A DNA stretch of 32,000 nucleotides, from NCBI RefSeq assembly GCF_000283555.1, contig NC_016012.1, forward strand, positions 120,001 to 152,000, read 5' to 3'. Below are positions 16,767-28,239 of the stretch, piece after piece. The notes beneath the pieces are model-generated. The model saw nothing but the letters and a program-made list of their open reading frames with translations. It was not told where the DNA came from and did not search any database. Source of the DNA: Candidatus Arthromitus sp. SFB-rat-Yit (GTDB lineage: Bacteria > Bacillota > Clostridia > Clostridiales > Clostridiaceae). Within the stretch, counting starts at the first letter, position 1. The number at the start of each line of letters is the position of its first letter. A program made the translations under genes and the position numbers.

Positions 16767-18086
16767 ATGATTTTAAAGAGAAATAGTTCTACCTTATTTG
16801 TAGTTTTTTTATTAATTTTTTCAGCTCTTATAGTTTTATTTTTATCGTCTAAAGTAGTTAAAGGTATAAAGTTTAAAAATGAAATAAATGTAAGGGTTTG
16901 TAAAGTTCAATCGGGGAATGTTCAAGAACAAATAGATGTTAAAGTATTTATAAAATCTAAAAATTATAAAGAATATTATGGCAATCAACTGAGGGTTAAA
17001 AAGTTGTATGTTAGGCATGGAGATTATGTTGAGAAGGGGCAAAAACTCCTATCTTTTGATAACAATGATATTATGACTCAGTATACTCAAGCAAAGATAC
17101 AACTTGAGAATGCTATGTTGCAAAAAAATCAGATGATTATAACAAGAGATAATTTTAAAAAACAAAGGATAGCTATACAGGAAGAAATAAATAGACTTAG
17201 GGAGAGTCAAGAAGATAATGAAAGTTTTATTGCAGAGCTTGAGGAATCTTTTGAAGATAAAAAAGCTATTTCTTCAAAAAATAGTTTAACATTATCTGAT
17301 TATAGCGATGAGATTGATAAGCTTGTAAAAGAGAGCGAAGGATTAAGAAAGATTTCATTAGAGCTAGAGAGACAAATGGATAATATACCTGAGATTACAG
17401 ATGATCAAATAAAACTTTTGGATAATGCCATAGTTTTGGCAGAGAGCAGTTTAAAAAATATTTCAGATAAGATTGAAATTTCTAAAGATATAACAGCCGA
17501 TTTTAGTGGAGTTATAACTAGTGTAAAAATAAATGAGGGAAGTTATACTCAACCGGGATCTGTTATATTGGTTCTTCAGGATCTTCAAAATGTAAAAGGA
17601 ATTTCTCTAATTCCACAACAAAATATTTCGAGCGTGAAGATTGGTCAGGAGATTGTGATAAATGACCCTATTGGAGTTTATAATGGGAAAATAATCTCTA
17701 TAAGTGATTTGGCGGTAAATTCTAATAGTTATTTAAATATTGTTAGTGAAGATATGAGGGATAATTATTTGGTTGCTGATATTGAGATATTAAATCCTAA
17801 TGATAAGTTGAAGGTTGATTTTGATTTAAATGGGAAAATAAATTTAGACAACACCACGGATATTTTGAGGATACCTATAGAATGTGTGTTGTACGATGAA
17901 TCTAATACTCCGTATGTTTTTATAGTTAAGAATGATATTGCATATAAAAATACAATATATCCTGGTAGGGTTTTTAATAATTACATAGAGATTGTTGGGG
18001 GATTAACTTTAAATGATAGTATAATTTTAAATCCTCCGAAAAATTTATCTAACAGCTCAAAGGTAAAGGTTGTATCAAATAAATGA
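16767..18086 (+). CDS. HlyD/MacA-type periplasmic adaptor (membrane-fusion) protein
   Basis: N-terminal TM anchor (LFVVFLLIFSALIVLFL), then a lipoyl/barrel-sandwich segment (YVRHGDYVEKGQKLLSF) and a long coiled-coil hairpin. A second half-lipoyl segment follows (GVITSVKINEGSYTQPGSVILVL), then a beta-barrel C-terminus. Resembles YknX/MacA. Confidence 0.8.
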   Translation: MILKRNSSTLFVVFLLIFSALIVLFLSSKVVKGIKFKNEINVRVCKVQSGNVQEQIDVKVFIKSKNYKEYYGNQLRVKKLYVRHGDYVEKGQKLLSFDNNDIMTQYTQAKIQLENAMLQKNQMIITRDNFKKQRIAIQEEINRLRESQEDNESFIAELEESFEDKKAISSKNSLTLSDYSDEIDKLVKESEGLRKISLELERQMDNIPEITDDQIKLLDNAIVLAESSLKNISDKIEISKDITADFSGVITSVKINEGSYTQPGSVILVLQDLQNVKGISLIPQQNISSVKIGQEIVINDPIGVYNGKIISISDLAVNSNSYLNIVSEDMRDNYLVADIEILNPNDKLKVDFDLNGKINLDNTTDILRIPIECVLYDESNTPYVFIVKNDIAYKNTIYPGRVFNNYIEIVGGLTLNDSIILNPPKNLSNSSKVKVVSNK

Positions 18087-18742
18087 TAAATTTTAGTAAC
18101 ATAACAAAGTTTTATAAAAAGAGAAATTTAGAATATAGGGCTTTATATGATGTATCTTTTGATATAAATCCTGGAGATTACATCTTTATATGTGGAGATA
18201 GAGGATCTGGTAAAACTACGTTATTAAATATTTTGGGATGTGTTAGTGATTTTGATTATGGGAAGTATACATTTTATGGAATAGATATAGGAAGCAAAAA
18301 TGATAGAGAATTATCTAAACTTAGAAATGAAAGATTTTGTTTTATACCTGAGGGAGATAGTTTAATACCTGAACTTAATTTATTTGAAAATGTTAGTATA
18401 CCACTTTTATATTCAAAAATTTCGAGGGAAGAAAAGAGAAGTAGAGTACTTAAATATTTATCTATGCTATCTATAGATAAATATAAATATTTACATATTG
18501 ATTCCCTTTGTATGAGAGATAGGAAAATGATATGCATAGCAAGAGCCCTTGTTGGAGGTGGAGATATCATTATAGCAGATGAACTTTTTGAGTATTTAGA
18601 TGAAAGTGATTGTGAAATTATATTTAATATTTTATTTGGCTTAAATAAAAAAGGGGCTACTTTAATAATAAGCGGTAACAAACTCAATAAATACTCTTAT
18701 GGAAGTAGGATTATAAACTTGAGGGATGGAATGAAGGTATAA
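18083..18742 (+). CDS. ABC transporter ATP-binding protein (MacB/LolD/YknY class) with degenerate Q-loop, signature and H-loop
   Basis: ATGA start/stop overlap with the adaptor gene. Walker A GDRGSGKTT and Walker B IIIADE are present. The Q-loop Q is replaced by E (FIPEGDSL), LSGGQ by LCMRD, and the H-loop TH by SG (LIISGN). Confidence 0.8.
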   Translation: MINFSNITKFYKKRNLEYRALYDVSFDINPGDYIFICGDRGSGKTTLLNILGCVSDFDYGKYTFYGIDIGSKNDRELSKLRNERFCFIPEGDSLIPELNLFENVSIPLLYSKISREEKRSRVLKYLSMLSIDKYKYLHIDSLCMRDRKMICIARALVGGGDIIIADELFEYLDESDCEIIFNILFGLNKKGATLIISGNKLNKYSYGSRIINLRDGMKV

Positions 18743-18759
18743 AAATAGGAGAGATATAT

Positions 18760-19938
18760 GTGATTATTGATCATATTAATTTATCTTTAAAGTTAATTTT
18801 TAAAAATAAATTTAGAATGCTTACATCAATAATTGGAATAATTACAGGGTTTATTTTACTTATAATTTCTTTTTCATTGTTAAAAATTGGGGAGATTAAG
18901 TTAACATCTAGCACAGATAAGATAGGAAAAAATATTATTAAAATAAATGTAATAAATTCTGAAAAATGTTTTAAAAATTACTTTAATTTTGATGATATAA
19001 AGTTTTTGAAGGATTCAAATTTGTCTATAAATTCAATTTCTCCAGAGCTTTATTTTAAAGGGATTGTAAATAATGAATTCTGTGATTTATCATCTTATAT
19101 TATAGGTGGAACTGAAGATTATAAAGATTTTATGATGATGGATATGGTAAACGGAAGATTCTTTTCAGAACATGAGTGTTTAAATAAGGAAAATGTAATA
19201 ATAATCGACAATGTTACAAGTAATAATCTATTTGGAACAGAAGATTCTATAGATAAAGAAGTTTATATAGGGCAATGCCCATCTAAATTGTATAAATATA
19301 GAGTAATTGGAGTTATTAAACATCCATCCAATATATGGAAAGATAATGAAAATACATTATCTTTTTCAGTAGTGCCTATTTCAACATACATAAAAAATTT
19401 TAACCAAGATCCATTTTTTGAGTATTTATATATTTCTCTGAAGAGTAAACAAGATATGAATTTAATTGGGGAATCAATAATTAATTTTTTGAAGGTTAAA
19501 AATAACATTAGAAAAGATATATATAAACTTGAAAACTTTTTAAGGTTAGAAGATAAAATATATGAAGTAAATAATTTAATAACAAAAATAGTAAAGATAA
19601 CCGGATATATATTTATTTTCATAAGCGGAATTATAATAACAAATGTAATGATTTTTAATATTTATAGTAGAAAAAATGAAATAAGCATTAGGAAAATATG
19701 CGGTGCGAATAAATATGATATATTTATTCAATTTATACGAGAATCTTTTATATTGTCCTTAATAGGGGGGATATTTGGGGTTTTATTAGGAAGTATGGTA
19801 ACTATTTTTTTATCAAGTGTGATAAATGAAAATTTAAGTACTAATTTTATAAATTTGTTTAAAATTCTGATAATTTCTTTAGTTACAGGAGTTATATTTG
19901 CTATATTTCCAGCTATTAAGAGTTGTAATCCAAATTAA
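18760..19938 (+). CDS. ABC transporter permease, FtsX/MacB family (extracytoplasmic MacB_PCD-like loop + FtsX domain)
   Basis: GTG start 6 nt after AGGAGAG. TM1 is NKFRMLTSIIGIITGFILLI, followed by a large loop and the C-terminal three-TM FtsX block (RKICGANKYDIFIQFIRESFILSLIGGIFGVLLG). Confidence 0.8.
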   Translation: MIIDHINLSLKLIFKNKFRMLTSIIGIITGFILLIISFSLLKIGEIKLTSSTDKIGKNIIKINVINSEKCFKNYFNFDDIKFLKDSNLSINSISPELYFKGIVNNEFCDLSSYIIGGTEDYKDFMMMDMVNGRFFSEHECLNKENVIIIDNVTSNNLFGTEDSIDKEVYIGQCPSKLYKYRVIGVIKHPSNIWKDNENTLSFSVVPISTYIKNFNQDPFFEYLYISLKSKQDMNLIGESIINFLKVKNNIRKDIYKLENFLRLEDKIYEVNNLITKIVKITGYIFIFISGIIITNVMIFNIYSRKNEISIRKICGANKYDIFIQFIRESFILSLIGGIFGVLLGSMVTIFLSSVINENLSTNFINLFKILIISLVTGVIFAIFPAIKSCNPN

Positions 19939-19953
19939 CAGATATTTTTAATA

Positions 19954-19983
19954 ATGAATAAAAAACTATTAAATAGGTATAAT
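19954..19983 (+). promoter_or_regulatory. Promoter candidate for 20015..21596
   Basis: Perfect -10 TATAAT (19978-19983) with a weak -35 (ATGAAT/TGAATA) 17-18 nt upstream. Confidence 0.35.
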
Positions 19984-20014
19984 AAGATATATTTATTTTA
20001 GGGGGAATGTTACT

Positions 20015-20446
20015 TTGTTATATAATGATGAATTTAATAATCATATTTCAACTGAAACAGGGAATTTAGATAATGCATATTTTGGGAATACTATAGGTGA
20101 TATCAATGCTTCTCAAGACAGCATCTCAAACATTGTGCAGTATTACAATAATCGTGAATCTTATCTAAAGAATTTAGCAAGTAATTTTTCAGGGAATAAT
20201 TCAGGTATAGAGAATCAAATAATTGATTTATTCAATAATGTTAGAAGTGTTTTAGAAAATAGAGATTTAAATCTTATGAAAAATTCTATAAATTCTATTT
20301 CTCAAGGAAGAGAGAATGCTATTAGATTTATAAATGATCAGAATAATTATTTAGATGAAAGCACAAAGCAAATTATGAATGTAATAATAGATGAGTATTC
20401 TAATCATTTAAATTATTTAAATAAGGCTATTGAATTTTTAGAATAA
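20015..20446 (+). CDS. Hypothetical soluble N/Q/S-rich helical protein (143 aa)
   Basis: TTG start after AGGGGGA. No TM helix or signal peptide and no recognised motif. Confidence 0.55.
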   Translation: MLYNDEFNNHISTETGNLDNAYFGNTIGDINASQDSISNIVQYYNNRESYLKNLASNFSGNNSGIENQIIDLFNNVRSVLENRDLNLMKNSINSISQGRENAIRFINDQNNYLDESTKQIMNVIIDEYSNHLNYLNKAIEFLE

Positions 20447-20498
20447 TTAACTTAATAAATATTTTTACTACTGTTTAAGTTTTAAGAGGGAGATTATA

Positions 20499-21596
20499 GT
20501 GAACCATATAGTTAGTAGACGTAACAATACTTCGACTGTTTATATATTATTCATATCATATTTTATATTTTTATTAACTACACTTTTGGGAATAACACAA
20601 CATAGTGTTAGGGAGAATTTGAATTTTTTGCAAGATAAGTACAATGAAATTAATGATAAGTATAATTATTTAATAAATAATATGTCTGTGGGAAATATAG
20701 AGGAGAATAATAGGGAAGTTATTTATTTAGATGAAATGAGGAATGAGATACTTGATAGCGTAGGTAAGGAAGGAGAATTTTGGAAGGCTGAGCTAAAAAA
20801 TATAATATTACAAAAAGAGAAATTATTATCAGAGAATTTTATGAATAAAAAAGATGAACTTCATAATAAAAGTTACTTACATTTAAAAAATGAAATTGAT
20901 GAGTATAATTTGTATTATAGCTTAGGTAAGAAACCTTTAGATTATCTAGATGGATTCTTTATAAGATATTTTCTCTTTCTTTTTAATAGCTTAGGTCATC
21001 AAATATTCTTAACTTGTATAGTTTTAGGAGTATGCTATTTATATATAAGTGATGTAAAATACATAGGATTTTCAAAAACGATGTTCGTTAGTTGTATACC
21101 TATATTGTGTATACAAATATTTAGTCTAATTTGTTGCATAGCATTAGATGACAAAACAGATATATACTACCCAGTTAGAATTGTGCAGGATTTTAATATT
21201 TATAATTTCAATAACAATGTATCAGCTGTAAATGACATTATTCCTCTACACATTGCTATTTTTAGAGTTTTGTTATTGGAAGTATTATATATAGCCTTTA
21301 TTGTTAGTTTTATAAAAATAATTGATTTAATATTTACAAAGTATTATATGAAAATTATTGGAGCATTTATTTTTTTATTCAGTATGTTTGGTATGTTATA
21401 TACTAGATATTCAAGTATATCATTTCTATCCTACGGTAAATTTTTAAATATAGTTAGAGGGTACGAAGCTATTTATAATGAAAACATGTATTTGAGTATA
21501 AATTTCTTATTCATATTTGTATTCTTTATCTTAATAGTTTTAAGTTTTATATATTTCTTAAAAAAATATTTTTTAAATGACGAATACATAGTATAG
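20499..21596 (+). CDS. Hypothetical multi-pass membrane protein (TM1, helical loop of about 110 aa, then about 5 TM; ABC-2-permease-like topology)
   Basis: GTG start 6 nt after GAGGGAG. Hydrophobic segments run VYILFISYFIFLLTTLLGI, then FFIRYFLFLFNSLGHQIFLTCIVLGVCYLY, through to INFLFIFVFFILIVLSFIYF. Confidence 0.6.
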   Translation: MNHIVSRRNNTSTVYILFISYFIFLLTTLLGITQHSVRENLNFLQDKYNEINDKYNYLINNMSVGNIEENNREVIYLDEMRNEILDSVGKEGEFWKAELKNIILQKEKLLSENFMNKKDELHNKSYLHLKNEIDEYNLYYSLGKKPLDYLDGFFIRYFLFLFNSLGHQIFLTCIVLGVCYLYISDVKYIGFSKTMFVSCIPILCIQIFSLICCIALDDKTDIYYPVRIVQDFNIYNFNNNVSAVNDIIPLHIAIFRVLLLEVLYIAFIVSFIKIIDLIFTKYYMKIIGAFIFLFSMFGMLYTRYSSISFLSYGKFLNIVRGYEAIYNENMYLSINFLFIFVFFILIVLSFIYFLKKYFLNDEYIV

Positions 21597-21605
21597 AAAA
21601 TCAAA

Positions 21606-22028
21606 TTAACTGGTGTATATGAAATTTATATTGCAGTCTTTTACCCATCCAGTTAGCTTATTTTTATCTTGATTGATTATTAAAATTTCATACCATAATA
21701 CATCCATTATGTATATTTTTGAAATTATATTTAATCTGGAATTTTTAGATAAGTCCAATATTTTTGGAGAAAAATCAAATGGTGCCAGTCTTATTGGTGT
21801 AATATTTTTAATATATACATTTTTTATATTTAATGGTATTGGTTTAAGTTCAAGGTTTTTAATATGATTCATATTGTCGTAAATATTTTTTGAATCATTG
21901 ATTTTTTTTAGTAATAAATGATTTTGTTTAGTTAAATATAAAATTTTTATTTTTTGTTTTTCGATTTTATTAAAAAGATATAAAATCATTACAGATATTG
22001 ATATAATTAAGATAATAAATATTTTCAT
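21606..22028 (-). CDS. Membrane-anchored protein with C-terminal bacterial SH3 (SH3b)-like domain
   Basis: I trimmed the start to Met29 (MKIFIILIISISVMILYLF) because GAGGT lies 7 nt upstream. The C-terminus IRLAPFDFSPKILDLSKNSRLNIISK...WYEILI...KLTGWVKD fits the SH3_3 pattern. Confidence 0.55.
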   Translation of the reverse strand: MKIFIILIISISVMILYLFNKIEKQKIKILYLTKQNHLLLKKINDSKNIYDNMNHIKNLELKPIPLNIKNVYIKNITPIRLAPFDFSPKILDLSKNSRLNIISKIYIMDVLWYEILIINQDKNKLTGWVKDCNINFIYTS

Positions 22029-22105
22029 ATTCTGAACCTCGAGATTAATTTTTATATAAATATATTGAATTAAAAATAGAAATATGAAAAAAAATAAAAA
22101 AAGTA

Positions 22106-22135
22106 TTGACATAGGGGAGGTAAGTTTGGTACTAT
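22106..22135 (+). promoter_or_regulatory. rRNA operon promoter (sigma-A, extended -10, A-rich UP-like element)
   Basis: TTGACA (22106-22111), an 18-nt spacer, then TGgTACTAT (22127-22135). It is preceded by AAAAAAAATAAAAAAAG and lies about 105 nt upstream of the 16S gene. Confidence 0.7.
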
Positions 22136-22171
22136 GAGTTAGTTGGCTGGTAGAAGCCGAGAGATATTAGA

Positions 22172-22212
22172 TAGATCATTGACAATTGAATAGGGAAGAG
22201 GAAACGAGAAAG
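22172..22212 (+). other. 5' half of the pre-16S processing stem
   Basis: ACAATTGAATAGG (22182-22194) is the exact reverse complement of CCTATTCAATTGT (23786-23798) in the spacer. The flanks pair imperfectly. Confidence 0.65.
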
Positions 22213-22239
22213 TCAACGTTAATTTTGAGAGAATGAGAG

Positions 22240-23765
<1,526 letters not shown>

Positions 23766-23775
23766 AATGAAAGAG

Positions 23776-23810
23776 AGAACTTTTTCCTATTCAATTGTGA
23801 GTGACCTAAT
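23776..23810 (+). other. 3' half of the pre-16S processing stem (in the 16S-23S spacer)
   Basis: Complementary to 22172-22212 (see that feature). No tRNA-like sequence occurs anywhere in the spacer 23760-23942. Confidence 0.65.
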
Positions 23811-23942
23811 AATATAGAGGTTACTTAATAAAAGAAATAAAGATCTTTGAAAATTGTATATAAATAGTAAATAATGCGAAAGGTAGCAAGTTAAATTATT
23901 AGCAATAGTAATTTAAGAGCTGGAAAAAATATATAACAAATA

Positions 23943-26835
<2,893 letters not shown>

Positions 26836-26893
26836 AATACTTAGCAAGTTATTATTTATATACAATTTTGAGAGATTAAAATATTTCTCAGTA

Positions 26894-27010
26894 TCTGGTG
26901 ATTATAACGTGTAGGTAACACCCCTATCCATACCGAACAGGAAGGTTAAGCTACACTGTGCTGATGGTACTTTAGGGTTACCCCTATGGAAGAGTAAGTC
27001 ATTGCCAGTT
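26894..27010 (+). rRNA. rrf: 5S ribosomal RNA
   Basis: TCTGGTGATTATAACG...CCATACCGAACAGGAAGGTTAAGC...GGTACTTTAGGG...GAGTAAGTCATTGCCAG, about 116 nt. Confidence 0.93.
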
Positions 27011-27016
27011 TGTTTC

Positions 27017-27048
27017 AGAAGTAAGAGCATCGCTCTTACTTCTTTTTG
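27017..27048 (+). terminator. rRNA operon terminator
   Basis: 12-bp stem AGAAGTAAGAGC-ATC-GCTCTTACTTCT followed by TTTTT. Confidence 0.85.
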
Positions 27049-27078
27049 TTTACTTACTATATATTATTTGGAGGAATT

Positions 27079-27984
27079 ATGTTAAATTATAATTTAAATC
27101 ATAATAATATGGATTTTAATTCAAATAATATTGGAACTGATGAGAGTAAATTTAAACCTAGGTTTTATGTTGTATTCATTATAGTACTGAGTATATATTA
27201 TTTTTTTTCTCCAATATTGTCACAGATTATTAGTAATTTTCTAAAAAGTAAGTTTAATTTTAATGAATTAAATTTATTATATGAATTATTTTATAAATTG
27301 TTTTTACCTAATTTTTCTATTTTATTAATATTAATTATTTATATATTGGTGATTGAAGAGAGAAAATTAAATTTTCTATTTGTAGGAATTAAGGAAAATT
27401 TTTTATTTTCTAATATAAAGGGTTTGATACTATCAATAATTTTTTTATTTTTGTTGGTATCTGTATTTATTATAAAAGATAAGGTTTTATTTTTAAAATT
27501 TAATACTGAAATTAGTTTTATAAATCTTTTACAGCTTTTAGTAGTATTTATATTTGTTTATATACAAACATTTTTTTTAGAGATTTTATATAAATCTTGG
27601 CTTATTAATATACTTAATTTTAGATATAATATTTATTTATCTTTATTTTTGGCTTCTTTACTTTATACTTTTATATATTTTATAAATTATCAAAGAGTAG
27701 GAATATATTTGATTTATATTTTTGTTTTTAATATATTTTTATCAATTATATTTTTGATGTACAAAAATATAATTATCACAGTTTCATTGCATGCAACCTA
27801 TAAATTTTTCAAGCAGTATGTACTATCAATAGAAGATAAACCAATAAAATTAAATTCTATTTTTTATACAGGGATGGATTCAAATAATTTCATTTATAAT
27901 ATTGAAAATAGCAAATATTCTTTAATTATAATTATTATTTTAACAATTATCGTATTTATATTGTATAATTCTAAGAAAAAATAA
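27079..27984 (+). CDS. Multi-pass membrane protein, possibly a degenerate CPBP (Abi)-family intramembrane protease homologue
   Basis: Start trimmed to ATG 27079 (GGAGG at 27070-27074), because the track start at 27046 lies inside the rRNA terminator. About 8 TM helices. Motif-like segments are FFLEILYKSWL (compare EExxFRG), LLYTFIY (compare FxxxH) and SLHATYKF (compare HxxxN). Confidence 0.35.
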   Translation: MLNYNLNHNNMDFNSNNIGTDESKFKPRFYVVFIIVLSIYYFFSPILSQIISNFLKSKFNFNELNLLYELFYKLFLPNFSILLILIIYILVIEERKLNFLFVGIKENFLFSNIKGLILSIIFLFLLVSVFIIKDKVLFLKFNTEISFINLLQLLVVFIFVYIQTFFLEILYKSWLINILNFRYNIYLSLFLASLLYTFIYFINYQRVGIYLIYIFVFNIFLSIIFLMYKNIIITVSLHATYKFFKQYVLSIEDKPIKLNSIFYTGMDSNNFIYNIENSKYSLIIIIILTIIVFILYNSKKK

Positions 27985-28037
27985 TTAATATTTGTAGAAA
28001 TTTTAAATTTTTTAGTTTTTAATTATATTTTGAATAG

Positions 28038-28066
28038 TTGAATTTTGTAGTAATATATGGTATAAA
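28038..28066 (+). promoter_or_regulatory. Sigma-A promoter with extended -10
   Basis: TTGAAT (28038-28043), a 17-nt spacer including TGg (28058-28060), then TATAAA (28061-28066). The predicted transcription start is near 28072-28074. Confidence 0.6.
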
Positions 28067-28071
28067 TAAAG

Positions 28072-28174
28072 TGTGCTCTATAAAAATTATAGAGCATAAG
28101 ATGTGTTGAATTCATAATCCCAAAGGATAGATACATCTGAAAATTCCCCTCTCTACCACATTTTTGTGGTAGAG
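28072..28174 (+). promoter_or_regulatory. Structured 5' leader or small RNA (three hairpins) upstream of the AlkP-like/PAP2 operon
   Basis: Hairpin 1 is TGCTCTATAA-AAA-TTATAGAGCA (28074-28096), right at the predicted 5' end. Hairpin 2 is AGATGT...ATCC-CAAA-GGAT...ACATCT (28099-28138). Hairpin 3 is CTCTACCACA-TTTT-TGTGGTAGAG (28151-28174), flanked by C-runs. No known riboswitch consensus was recognised. Confidence 0.35.
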
Positions 28175-28239
28175 CCCCCAATTTGTATTAATTTTATATA
28201 TGATTTTTGACTTTTATATTTTAAAAAAGGTGATTAGTT

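Noticed and set aside
1483-19622. Antisense or alternate-frame shadow ORFs overlapping well-supported genes: 1483..1752(-), 2380..2718(-), 3044..3346(-), 4757..4996(-), 5865..6149(-), 8468..8650(+), 11113..11352(+), 11591..11830(-), 16842..17042(-), 18274..18687(-), 19263..19622(-). Further examples are 21673..21867(+) and 28310..28516(+).
   Set aside because: Each is fully embedded in a longer ORF that has recognisable family motifs and a proper SD. They are low-complexity Ile/Leu/Phe/Lys/Ser-rich frames of the kind expected by chance in AT-rich DNA.
28030-28043. Tandem TTGAAT-ag-TTGAAT as a PhoP/Pho-box upstream of the phosphatase-like operon.
   Set aside because: The repeat spacing is 8 bp rather than the roughly 11-bp periodicity of Firmicute Pho boxes. 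The second copy is better explained as the -35 hexamer of the promoter.
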